Shown here in pieces: positions 1 to 14,552 of a stretch of DNA of 64,000 bases. The stretch spans positions 1 through 64,000 of the forward strand of contig NIVC01001948.1 of the NCBI GenBank assembly GCA_002269645.1, given 5' to 3'. The position numbers and the translations under genes were made by a program. The number at the start of each line of letters is the position of its first letter. Position 1 is the first letter of the stretch. This DNA comes from Macrostomum lignano. Lineage: Eukaryota. The notes beneath the pieces were generated by a model, which did not search any database, was not told the DNA's origin, and saw nothing but the letters and a program-made list of their open reading frames with translations.

Positions 1-2575
<2,575 letters not shown>

Positions 2576-4398
2576 TATTGCACTCACTGTTACTGAGCAA
2601 CCGGTGTTGTCTCTACAGGTCAAGTCGCATCTAGCTTATATATACAGCTGAATTCATGGTTGCCAACTCGTGTCGTACTTTTGGTGCAAACTGAACTTAA
2701 GTAAGTCCTTCTTGTGTCACCCATAACTTTTAGCTTGTTTGGTGCTACTCGTATGTGGATTCGTGGACGGCCATGCAAAGTGTCCGAGCACTTGAGTGCT
2801 TTCATTTTTGCTTGTTGTTTTCAGCATTTCGAACTATAGCTAGGAATGCGAACTTGAAAGAAGAAAATAGACCAACCAGATATTGCGGTAGACAGAATTA
2901 TCAGATTGAATCTGAGGCGCAAGTCTTGCTTTTTCACTTTCTAAACTAAAAAGGTGAAATATTGTTACCCATTTTAATAGGAAAATCCAGAAAACAAAAC
3001 TTATAAGGTGGAATTTGTCATTCTGCCGAAATAACTGGATGAGACCGGACCTGGGGGGGGGGGGGGGCGTGACAGCCACTTAAGGAAAGAGGCGGTGCTC
3101 AAGAACTTGAGAACGGCCGAACTCGGCTCGACTATAGCGATAATTTTTAAAAGAAAGATTTTGAAATAGTAAGATAGCAATGACCAGCTGATAGCAACCA
3201 TGTTAGGGGGAATTTCGGTGCAGCCGAACTACTAGTACATTAACTTGAGCTTACGAACTTACCTACGAGCATTTGAAACACTGTTCTTTTTGAAGAATTC
3301 CATCACAGTTCCATTGCTGCGTGAAGAAAATGTCATGTTCCATAATATTATTCGAATATGCATTGAATTTTTTAAACGGTTTCGGCACTTTTATTTTAGT
3401 ATATAATTTCAGAGATTATAGGTTTTGTACATAGCAGCTGAAAGAAATTCAATATGTCTGATCTTTCTCATCCAATTCTCAGTGTTCGTTCGTTTAGGAA
3501 CCACCATCAAGCTATGGTGATGAATATCAGATGCCCAGAGGCTGCTTTCTAAAGACCCTGACAGCCTATTTTGTTTGTTGTTGTTGTTTGTTTGTTGTTG
3601 TTACTGTTTTGGTTGTATGATGTATGATTTCTCGACCTCAATTGACCCTCATGTCAACAAAATACATACATAAAGATCATAAATGCATCATATTATTAAC
3701 GTTTTCATAGCGTATTTTCGACTAAGTGCAGTAGTTTTCTTACTCAAAGTATTGAAAGATCGCCTCTGCAATGCCACTGGGGAATCTCTACACTAGTATA
3801 TGGACTTAGCAATACATCACTTTCGCTGAATATACACTCAGCTCTGGACAAAATGAATAATAAATCAAATCATCGGTGAATAAGGAAAATTAAACGCCAG
3901 GATTTTCTGGGGAGGCAAGAGTAAAGAAAAAGAGGATAGCCCCCTAGAGAGGACGCTATTGCGAGAGCTGCGAAGGCAAGAAAGTGAGAAATAGAAGTGC
4001 GCCTTTCAGTTTGACTGAACATTCTGTTAATTTCGTCAGAGTTTTTTAACCCAAGAGGAACACTACTAGCTATATAGTAAATACAAGGCGATCCTTCCAT
4101 TTTATCTTAGTAAACAAGTGTGAAATGAATGCAAAACGTTAATCTTAGCAAAAGCCGTTCATAAAACATTATGTTTCGAATCTCCAGTCATTTTTTCGGC
4201 ATACTCGTTTCATTTCGAATTCGGAAGCCCCAAAAAAGTTAAGAGATTGGGAATTTAGTACTATAATAAAAATTTGAAAGCTTCCCTAGCTGCTTCAATT
4301 TGTCAAACAATAATCTAAAATTGAGTGTACATGCAGTTCTTCCTTTTCAAGCTGTTACAAGCTGAAAATTCACAATTGTACATCTAAGTTGTGACTTT

Positions 4399-6368
4399 CA
4401 GGGGCTTCGTCACCGGGGCTAAAATGAGTGCCTGCGGCGCTAAAATGAGTGCCTGCGGCGCTAAAATGAGTGCCTGCGGCGCTAAAATGAGTGCCTGCGG
4501 CGCTAAAATGAGTGCCTGCGGCGCTAAAATGAGTGCCTGCGGCGCTAAAATGAGTGCCTGCGGCGCTAAAATGAGTGCCTGCGGCGCTAAAATGAGTGCC
4601 TGTGGCGCCAAAATGAGTGCCTGCGGCGCTAAAATGAGTGCCTCCGACGCTAAAATGAGTGCCTGCGACGCTAAAATGAGTGCCTCCGACGCTAAAATGA
4701 GTGCCTCCGACGCTAAAATGAGTGCCTGTGGCGCTAAAATGAGTGCCTGCGGCGCTAAAATGAGTGCCTCCGACGCTAAAATGAGTGCCTGTGGCGCTAA
4801 AATGAGCGCCTGTGGCGCTAAAATGAGTGTCTGCGGTGCTGAAATGAGTGCCTGCGGCGCTAAAATGATTGCCTGCAGCGCTAAAATGAGTGCCTGTGGC
4901 GCTAAAATGAGTGCCTGCGGCGCTAAAATGATTGCCTGCAGCGCTAAAATGAGTGCCTGTGGCGCTAAAATGAGTGCCTGTGGCGCTAAAATGAGTGCCT
5001 CCGACGCTAAAATGAGTGCCTGTGGCGCTAAAATGAGTGCCTGCGGCGCTAAAATGAGTGCCTCCGACGCTAAAATGAGTGCCTGCAGCGCTAAAATGAG
5101 TGCCTCCGACGCTAAAATGAGTGCCTCCGACGCTAAAATGAGTGCCTGTGGCGCTAAAATGAGTGCCTGCGACGCTAAAATGAGTGCCTGCGGCGCTAAA
5201 ATGAGTGCCTGCGGCGCTAAAATGAGTGCCTGCGACGCTAAAATGAGTGCCTCCGACGCTAAAATGAGTGCCTCCGACGCTAAAATGAGTGCCTGTGGCG
5301 CTAAAATGAGTGCCTGCGGCGCTAAAATGAGTGCCTCCGACGCTAAAATGAGTGCCTGTGGCGCTAAAATGAGCGCCTGTGGCGCTAAAATGAGTGTCTG
5401 CGGTGCTGAAATGAGTGCCTGCGGCGCTAAAATGATTGCCTGCAGCGCTAAAATGAGTGCCTGTGGCGCTAAAATGAGTGCCTGCGGCGCTAAAATGATT
5501 GCCTGCAGCGCTAAAATGAGTGCCTGTGGCGCTAAAATGAGTGCCTGCGGCGCTAAAATGAGTGCCTGCGGCGCTAAAATGAGTGCCTGTGGCGCTAAAA
5601 TGAGTGCCTCCGACGCTAAAATGAGTGCCTGTGGCGCTAAAATGAGTGCCTGCGGCGCTAAAATGAGTGCCTCCGACGCTAAAATGAGTGCCTGTGGCGC
5701 TAAAATGAGTGCCTGCGGCGCTAGAATGAGTGCCTGTGGCGCTAAAATGAGTGCCTCCGACGCTAAAATGAGTGCCTGTGGCGCTAAAATGAGTGCCTGC
5801 GGCGCTAAAATGAGTGCCTGCGGCGCTAAAATGAGTGCCTGCGGCGCTAAAATGATTGCCTGCGGCGCTAAAATGAGTGCCTGTGGCGCTAAAATGATTG
5901 CCTGCGGCGCTAAAATGAGTGCCTGCGGCGCTAAAATGAGTGCCTGCAGTGCTAAAATGAGTGCCTGCAGTGCTAAAATGAGTGCCTGCAGTGCTAAAAT
6001 GAGTGCCTGCAGTGCTAAAATGAGTGCCTGCGGCGCTAACATGAGTGCCTGCAGTGCTAAAATGAGTGCCTGTGGCGCTAAAATGAGTGTCTGCGGTGCT
6101 AAAATGAGTGCCTGCGGCGCTAAAATGAGTGCTTGCGGCGCTAAAATGAGTGCCTGTGGCGCTAAAATGAGTGCCTGCGGCGCTAAAATGAGTGCCTGCG
6201 GCGCTAAAATGAGTGCCTGCAAAGCTAAAATGAGTGCCTGCGGCGCTAAAATGAGTGCCTGCGGCGCTAAAATGAGCGCTGACAATAGCGATTCTGTTAA
6301 TAATGTACATGTACATGTAGAATTCTTGGCTTTGTCCCCCTGTCATAAAATCCATTACGACGCCCCTG
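4399..6368 (+). mobile_element. Non-autonomous TIR element (copy 1) carrying an expanded 21-bp minisatellite
   Basis: Left end CAGGGGCTTCGTCA; right end TTACGACGCCCCTG (reverse complement CAGGGGCGTCGTAA, 12/14 match). The post-array segment (GATTCTG..AATAATGTACATGTA..GAATTCTTGGCTT..CCCC..CATAAAATCCA) is homologous to copies at 9722 and 49.3 kb. No TSD found, so the true left end is uncertain. Confidence 0.65.
4418..6279 (+). repeat. 21-bp minisatellite (GCTAAAATGAGTGCCTGCGGC), about 89 copies
   Basis: Direct reading; variant pattern repeats with a 567-bp period. Confidence 0.98.
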
Positions 6369-6483
6369 CTGGAGACCGACATGACAGCAGAAATTTAATT
6401 TCTAAATTCGGCGTGCTTCACAAGTGGCGTAACTTTCATGGTCCCATATAATATACATGTATATAGCCAATATATACCCAAGT

Positions 6484-6725
6484 GGGAATTTTAGCCTGGC
6501 GGTTAGAGCGTCGGAGTCACGACTGAACAGTCGGGGGTTCGATTCTTGACCCACTTGGAACTATTTGTGTCCTTGAGCATGAAGACACTTAACTCTGCAT
6601 TGCTTCAGCTTGCACCCAGCTGTAAAATCGGTGCCAGCATTTAATTTGGGTAATAGTTATGGAGATAATACTAGTAATAATTATTACTAAGGACTACTAG
6701 ACGTAACAGCGTTATAAAAATACAC
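6484..6725 (+). mobile_element. tRNA-derived SINE with CORE-like domain
   Basis: A-box-like TAGCCTGGCGGTTAGAGCG (6492-6510) and B-box GGTTCGATTC (6536-6545). These are followed by TGTGTCCTTGAGCATGAAGACACTTAAC...GCTTCAG...CTGTAAAATCGG, which resembles the MIR/CORE-SINE central domain, and an AT-rich tail ending CAGCGTTATAAAAATAC. No tRNA acceptor stem closes. Confidence 0.7.
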
Positions 6726-8776
6726 TAATTCAATATGTTTAACAATCTCTAGAAAGCTTTTGACAACTTAATAATAAGATTTCACTTAATTGCAGTAGTG
6801 TAATTTTACATGGGTCAAAACATTTGCGTTCAATTAACAAGCTTTTAATTGCAGTCAACATCAACTAAAGAACAGGTGTATTAACACTGATTTTTTCACT
6901 CAAGCAATTGGTGTGTAGCGATGTTGCTTCAAAAGAACCATAATACGAGAATGAAAGTGCTTCTGCAAAAAGTCTACAAAGTATGGTATGGTATATAACA
7001 GGACCATTGGTTCAGTGGGGCAGGATGTGCCCTCGCATAGCGTTGTGTGCAGTGTGGTTGCCGTGAACGAATTGAATCAATACAATTATGGGCTTTATTT
7101 GCCATCGGCTGCTAAGTTAAGTCAACTTTACTCTGAACAACTCTCTTCTACGAAGAACCTCTTTCTCTCTGTCTGCTCTCGATCGTTCAATTTTTCGTCT
7201 GTATTGACATTTTTAACCAAATTTTACCAAATTTCCTAAGTTTCTTAACTTTCTACTAATCAGTAGAGCGAATTGCAAATATTTTAGTTTGGATCGAAAC
7301 TCGATCTGCAGAAACCGCAAAAGCCTTAATTGCACAGTTGGTATAATCCTCGCTTAAAAGAGTACATGTAAATCCCTGAAATAATAAACAAGGTGTATGC
7401 ATGTAGCAATCTGCTTTTATCTAATGCATGCGCGTAGAGCGAAAAATGCTGCTTCCGCTTGTGCATGTTAAACTTTAAAAATTTGTTTATCTGCTGTTGG
7501 TCATTACTTATTAAACTACTTTCTTTTGATACGTGGATTTTTCTGATAATTATTTTATTTTACCGAATCTGAATCCCCGAATCTAAATAAAGTACAATTG
7601 ACATATAAACAGACAGTGCTATATACAGTTTATTTACGTTATGAGTATCGAGATACGCATGTAGTCCAAGTAGTGAAAAGTTACAGTACATGAAAAATAA
7701 AATAAAACTTCGCTGCATTCGTGTACGGAAAATCATTAAAACAAAATAAGAAAACAATATTTTCGGTACTAAATTTTGTTTCGGTGTATTTCTTATTTTC
7801 TGGTACCATCATGCAGCTAATATCCTAAATTTAAAAGAACCGTGACATGTACATATATAATTAATCTGAATTGTAGAAAAAACATTATTAGGTAAAGTTT
7901 TTAGTTTTAGCTATGCTTAACATGCCATATTGCCAGCTAACACAAGAACATTTCAACATTTGACAGTTTTATATGTATGCTCGAAACTTTTACAGTCAAT
8001 GGCTTGATACGCATACAGTTTTTAAGGTGTGCTATTTTGTGATTAATAAATGTGAATCAATATTTGATCGTCGTCCCTTGCCACACGTCTTAAAATATTG
8101 AAATGCGATAATTAGCTAGTTTTTTAAAATCGGGAATAGGTTCATTAACAAACCTCGAGTTAATCGTGAGTTTCGACGCCCATATGCAGATAAACAAAAA
8201 ACCCGGCACAAAAATGAACGTTATAACGACCAACTTAGAAACATGAAAATTAAAGAACTAAACCACTTACTGCGGACAGCTGCATTTATCAAAACCGATT
8301 TGAACTTTAACGCTGATGATACATACATGTAGTAAAGGATATGCATTCTTTTGATTGGAATTCTTCTTTTAAATGTTTTGGGGAAACTGCTAGGGTTTTT
8401 ACAAGATATGGAGCTAGACTACAATTAATATCAAAAGGAACAATATGTGTGCTGCAGACGCAAAATGTTCTGTATTTAAATACGGGAATTGGAATGAAGA
8501 AGCTGATAGCTACAATGTTCAATAACGATTCAGTACTGTACATGCAGTTTTAACCCGCAAAGAGAATATTTTTGTGTCAATTACACATCTGAAACGCTTA
8601 GAAAGATTTTTTCAGTTTTGATTGTCGAAACTTCAGCTGAATTAATACAATATCAAATATTAGATTTGATTAGATTGGAAGCCGCACAGTTTTCAAGGTG
8701 CATGTGGTTGTGTCAGCAGTGGTTTCTTATCAAGTTTTTACCATGCTTGTTGATAATTTGTCTGTGCTTGGCTGAT

Positions 8777-11700
8777 CTACGTCTGCACCTGCCTGAAGAT
8801 GGCCTCCCTAGCTGGCATCGGCAGGTGTCTGGCCGAGAGTCCGGCCACGTGTCTCAATCTGTCCGGCTTGCGCGCCATCAGGTCGGCCGATTTGCGCAAA
8901 AATCTCCGATTTGTGAGGGCGATAATCACAAAGTTGAAGTAGGAATCGGCTATGATAAATAGATTGCCAACAACTCGACTGATCACCACCTTGGCTGTCT
9001 CCTCGCCCGAGTCTAGCGCGGCCAGAACCGTAGTCGGAACCTCGCACTGGGCAAAAATCAGAGCGACTAGCATCACGCGCAGCACCGCCCTGGCTGAGAC
9101 CTGCGGTCGACCGTTGCCGTTTCCCGTCGCAGTCGCTCCGCTGACGCTCTCGAAGGCGCTGCTGTCGCCGCGAGTGATGACGCCGCGAACTCTCTGTGAC
9201 AGGGACAACCTGCGCAATTGGCTGCCGCCGCCTCCGCCGCTGCTACCGCTTGGAGCTGTCAAATCGTCAGACGTCAACAACCGATGACCGGCTTTGTGAC
9301 GCAACAGCCTCCAGGAGATCACTAGGGAGATGGTGAAAGCTAGGCTGGCTGGTACAGGACCTTGCAGAGCGAATATTACAGCATGAATTGTGTCGTGATT
9401 GTGCGACAGCAGCTGGATGTAGTGCGGAATCAGGTCCGTTCTCACGTAGATGTTGACTGCTTCGGCTGAGAATCTGGTTGGGATTTGAAGGCGTTTAAGG
9501 AGGCTGTTGGCTAGTTTGTTGAGTTTATGATACAGAAAAACCTGAATTTCTATTCTTGATGCTTTGAAGATGGCTCGATAATTGTCATAAGCTCTCGCTG
9601 GCTAAATCCTTGATTTCTTACAGACTTGACGTTTGCCAGAAAGCAAATTTTCTTATTTTTCTTTCACCTTAGCAGAACGGTACCGAGATTGCATGAGCAG
9701 CTCATTAACGATAATTTAAACCATGAGGGCTCGCTATGGTTTTCATGGTGAGGGAAGGGGGAAGCCAAGAATTCGACATGTACATACATGAATAAATTCC
9801 TACATGTACATTATTTTCAGAATCCGTGTTATCAGCTCTTATTTAGCGAAGGCATTCATTTTGGCGCCGCAGGCATTCATTTTAGCGTCGCAGGCACTCA
9901 TTTTAGCGCCGCAGGCACTCATTTTAGCGCCGCAGGCACTCATTTTAGCGCCGCAGGCACTCATTTTAGCACCGCAGGCACTCATTTTAGCGTCGGAGGC
10001 AATTATTTTAGCGCCGCAGGCACTCATTTTAGCACTGCAGGCACTCATTTTAGCGCCACAGGCACTCATTTTAGCACTGCAGGCACTCATTTTGGCTCCG
10101 CAGGCACTCATTTTAGCGCCGCAGGCACTCATTTTAGCGCCGCAGGCACTCATTTTGGCTCCGCAGGCACTCATTTTAGCGCCGCAGGCACTCATTTTAA
10201 CGCCGCAGGCACTCATTTTAGCACCACAGACACTCATTTTAGCTCCGCAGGCACTCATTTTAGCGCCGCAGGCACTCATTTTGGCTCCGCAGGCACTCAT
10301 TTTAGCGCCGCAGGCACTCATTTTAACGCCGCAGGCACTCATTTTAGCACCACAGACACTCATTTTAGCTCCGCAGGCACTCATTTTAGCGCCGCAGGCA
10401 CTCATTTTAACGCCGCAGGCACTCATTTTAGCACCACAGACACTCATTTTAGCTCCGCAGGCACTCATTTTAGCGCCGCAGGCACTCATTTTAACGCCGC
10501 AGGCACTCATTTTGGCGCCCTGAATCAAAATTATTTATTTTTATACCGGGTCACAAGTTGGAGTGTGGGGAGGTCGACAAAGCATTGGCATGTCCCCCAT
10601 AGCTTTTACTGGGGAGTACATGTCCCCCCCGTGGTGACGCCCCTGGTTTAAACTGCAGCCAAAAAAACACACTACCCACTACATGTGAAAAGATCCACTA
10701 ACTCCGCTCGTAGCTGAAGGAGAGCTCAAATAAACAAGAATTATTAACGGCTGTTGGAAAACACGCCACTTAGAATTTAGGTGACACTTGTGGTTGGGAT
10801 CCAATTAATTACACAATAATGCCCACGTGTTGTACGGCAAAATTCTAGTCAGATTAACAAATCTTTTTTTACGATTACTAAAGCGCTACAGAAATTTCTG
10901 ACCTCATTGTGTTTGCGGCCTCACGAAAATATATTGATTCATGCGACCATTGATCTGCGGGTCTGCCAGGGCAAACTGCCAACTTTTTGGGAGTCTTCCC
11001 ATTTCCTATCTACTTCTTGGGGCTAAAAAAGGAATTAAGGAACAAGTTAAATCAATTGTATGGTGGATTGACTGGGAAGGATTAGGCTTGCAGCCATATA
11101 TTATTGCATTGTATTGCCTTCTCTGTATTCAACTGATTTTCCTATAAAGAAAAAGGATCTAATGTATTTCTAAGAAAATCCGCATAGTCTCAAGAACCTC
11201 CTTCGTTCTTCCTACACCCACACATAAGTTGAAATTTTGTTTTAATTATTTCGCATTTAATGTGGATCAGTCTTAGAGGACGAAATTCTTCAAAAAATCT
11301 GCAAAGATCGAAGAGTTTTTTCTGACGTCAGTCACTGCAAACCAAATGCTTTGAAGTTCTGTACTGTAAAGTGCAATTTGCTGCGGATTGACAATAAAAG
11401 TTTTTCCCACTTGACACTTCTAGCGATCTGCTGACGTGTAGCAAGCAGCGCAGCGGTAGGCAACACACGTCATCGCAAAAACTGTCAATCTGTCATAACA
11501 ATGCATTTGGTTACTTGCTAGGTTTAGATTTAAGCCATGACGTCCTGACGTTTGTGCACGCAATTACGATAGAGCTTCAAGCATTGAAGTACTTTTACCT
11601 GACGGAAAATTTCTTCTATGATCAGGCTATGATCAATATCATACTCAAGCAGGCCTGCTCTTACCGGATGCAGTTAGGCACCAGAGCGAAAATGTAACAG

Positions 11701-13141
11701 GCGGCAAAGGCGGTCCTGGCTTTGGCGGCTGTCAAGGTGACCCTCGACCGCATCGGCGAAGCGATGGCCACCAAAGTGAGCGCCGTCTTGACCACAATGC
11801 AGTAGTTTCTAGCGAACAGCAGGTAGTTTGTCGAATAGAAAGCCACTAGCAGAGGAATTGGAAAGTACTTTCCGCCCTTTGAAACGCTGAACAGACTGCT
11901 GGTTGTAGTAGCATTTTTGGTAGTATCTTTGATGCTGAACAACGAACTGGACAGGTTGGTGGTGGCATTATTCTGCAGCAGCTGATCGATGCTGCCATCC
12001 AAACAGGCGGCTCGATTCTCGGCAATGTTCGCCAGCTTCAAGCTTAAACAGGCGCCGCTGCTTAGGCAGACGAGCATCTCCGTGATGACGATGGTTAGGA
12101 ATCCCGTAACGCTGTTGGAATCGGATTTCAAACGGTGAAACACGAATGCTGAGAATGCGAATGCCAGGCCAGCTAAGAAGGTGAAGGGAGCCACGACGAT
12201 GTAGGGGTAGTACTCAATGTCCAGCAGCCGGCAGAAATGCTCCGCCGAGTTCGGAGCCATCCCGTTCGATTGGGGTTGTTGCTGACCGCGGGAACGACGA
12301 GTTGTTGAGGCACCTGTCAGGTAATGGATTTTGAACACCTTGAGAAGTATGAAAGATCTGATACGAATACTATCCTTACATGTAGGCCTTAGAGAGATAA
12401 TTTTTCTACAATTGATTGAGACTATCGATTGTTTTTGCAGGGAGCACCCGATGTTTCAGCAGCGAGCACCCGATGTTTCAGCAGGGAGCACCCGATGTTT
12501 CAGCAGCGAGCACCCGATGTTTCAGCAGGGAGCACCCGATGTTTCAGCAGCGAGCACCCGATGTTTCAGCAGGGAGCACCCGATGTTTCAGCAGGGAGCA
12601 CCCGATGTTTCAGCAGGGAGCACCCGATGTTTCAGCAGCGAGCACCCGATGTTTCAGCAGGGAGCACCCGATGTTTCAGCAGCGAGCACCCGATGTTTCA
12701 GCAGGGAGCACCCGATGTTTCAGCAGGGAGCACCCGATGTTTCAGCAGGGAGCACCCGATGTTTCAGCAGGGAGCACCCGATGTTTCAGCAGGGAGCACC
12801 CGATGTCAATACAGGAAGCACCCGATGTTTCTATAGGGAGCACCTGATGTTTTTGCAGGGAACCTACAAGATTTTCAGATTTTCGGAGGCCTTGTTATTG
12901 TCTATACTTTATTAATATTCGTATTACCGGAGCTAACGGAGTGCCCGTGAAAACTCATTCAGTCAACAGTAAAAGTGCAGTCCGTCGCTCCGTTCGCATC
13001 CGCCCCCCCCCCTCCAACCCCAGTCGGAGAAAATCCCAGCTTAATTAATCATCTCTAAAGGAAGAATGTTGAAAATAGAAAAGCAACATGTTTTCCTGGG
13101 TTCGCCCTTGTCCCTCTCTTACCTCTGTTTTCGAATCGCAT
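8777..13141 (-). CDS. Rhodopsin-class (class A) GPCR, FMRFamide/myosuppressin/Srw-like orphan peptide receptor, about 454 aa
   Basis: Exons 13141-13123 (19 nt, ATG...AGAG|gtaag), 12313-11665 (tgacag|, ends ATCCG|gtaag) and 9473-8777 (accag|A). Phases 1 and 2 match; total 1365 nt. Seven hydrophobic segments, TM3 end ...ALTLVAIASPMRSRVTLTAAKARTAF, TM4 end PNCIRF, TM6 LIFAQCEVP, TM7 DSYFNFVIIALTNRRF. An alternative start is the ATG at 12260. Confidence 0.8.
9722..10645 (-). mobile_element. Non-autonomous hAT-like MITE (copy 2, inverted) with 8-bp TSD, in GPCR intron
   Basis: Right terminus GGTGACGCCCCTG and degenerate left terminus CATGAGGGCTCGCTATGG. Flanks ATTTAAAC (9714-9721) and GTTTAAAC (10646-10653) match at 7/8. 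Internal 21-bp array and subterminal segment are homologous to copies 1 and 3. Confidence 0.75.
9850..10520 (-). repeat. 21-bp minisatellite, same family as 4418-6279, inverted, about 32 copies
   Basis: Unit GCCGCAGGCACTCATTTTAGC is the reverse complement of the 4.4-kb unit. Confidence 0.97.
12433..12860. repeat. 22-bp minisatellite (GGGAGCACCCGATGTTTCAGCA) in GPCR intron 1
   Basis: Direct reading, about 19 copies. Confidence 0.95.
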
Positions 13142-13811
13142 GTCAGACTAACAAAACTAAAGGCAATATATTAGCAGCTTTGCTAAATTTCATAAACGTT
13201 GTAGCTACGGAGCCAAATACGTAAAGTGAGTTGCTGGGTTGTTTTGGTGTCTGCGTGTGAGCGAGGCAACCCAGGGCGGGGGAGCCTGTGCCTTCACTCG
13301 AATTAATCCCAGGCAGCTTATCTTGCGGCGAATCAAACAGAATGAGTAGTCCATCACTTGGCCTCCCGCGTCTACCAAGTCCGATTCTTGAGCCGCCTCC
13401 TGCAACCTTCTTTCTTTCTTTCTTTCTTTCCATCTCTCTCTTCTCTTTCGCACTTTTGCTGTTTACCAGCGCAAACTGCAGAGCTCCCATTCAATTTTCA
13501 TTTCCCCTAGAATTGCACACAGAAGACATGCCAACCCGGACATTGGGATAGTTTAATGCGCCGAAGTAATGTAATATAATAGTGTCATAAAATTGATTTT
13601 TAAGAAATGTTTTCAAAGCTTCAACAGAAAAATTGTGCGATAGAAACAATTTTGGGATAGAGTTGATAAAATTTGATTGCTTCTGTGCTTTTTATGGACG
13701 AAGCATACAGCTTGAGATTGGGAGAGGCTTAGCGTTAATAGAAGGGTGAGCTTGAGGGTGAGTGGGAGAGTGAGTAGGAGGGTGAGAAGGAGGGTGAAAG
13801 GGAAGATAACA

Positions 13812-14016
13812 AGGAGGTTGACAAGGGGGTGACAAGGAGGGTGACAAGGAGGGTGACAAGGAGGGTGACAAGGAGGGTGACAAGGAGGGTGACAAGGAGG
13901 GTGACAAGGAGGGTGACAAGGAGGGTGACAAGGAGGGTGACAAGGAGGGTGACAAGGAGGGTGACAAGGAGGGTGACAAGGAGGGTGACAAGGAGGGTGA
14001 CAAGGAGGGCGACAAG
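13812..14016. repeat. 12-bp minisatellite (GGAGGGTGACAA)
   Basis: Direct reading, near-perfect. Confidence 0.95.
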
Positions 14017-14057
14017 GAGATTGAGAAGGAAGCTGACGTCCAGGGTGCGAAGGAGGT

Positions 14058-14552
14058 GGAGAGGCAGGGAGAGAGGGAAGATGAGAGGCAGGGTGAGAGG
14101 GAAGATGAGAGGCAGGGTGAAAGGAAAGATGAGAGGCAGGGTGAGAGGGAAGATGAGAGGCAGGGTGAGAGGGAATATGAGAGGCAGGAAGAGAGGGAAG
14201 ATGAGAGGCAGGGTGAGAGGGAAGATGAGAGGCAGGGTGAGAGGGAAGATGAGAGGCAGGGTGAGAGGGAAGATGAGAGGCAGGGTGAGACGGAAGATGA
14301 GAGGCAGGGTGAGACGGAAGATGAGAGGCAGGGTGAGAGGGAAGAGGAGAGGCAGGGTGAGACGGAAGAGGAGAGGCAGGGTGAGACGGAAGAGGAGAGG
14401 CAGGGTGAGACGGAAGATGAGAGGCAGGGTGAGAGGGAAGATGAGAGGCAGGGAGATAAGGGAAGATGAGAGGCAGGGTGAGAGGGAAGATGAGAGGCAG
14501 GGAGATAAGGGAAGATGAGAGGCAGGGTGAGAGGGAAGATGAGAGGCAGGGA
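14058..14552. repeat. 24-bp purine-rich minisatellite (GAGAGGGAAGATGAGAGGCAGGGT)
   Basis: Direct reading. Confidence 0.93.

Noticed and set aside
4370-6451. 630-690-aa ORFs in three frames (MSACGAK, AGTHFSA, LILAPQA repeats)
   Set aside because: A stop-free 21-bp unit produces these automatically. The same array recurs inverted in an intron and inside a MITE, with no unique coding flanks.
6484-6560. Possible tRNA gene
   Set aside because: It has A/B boxes but no closing acceptor stem and continues into a CORE-like domain, so a SINE head fits better.
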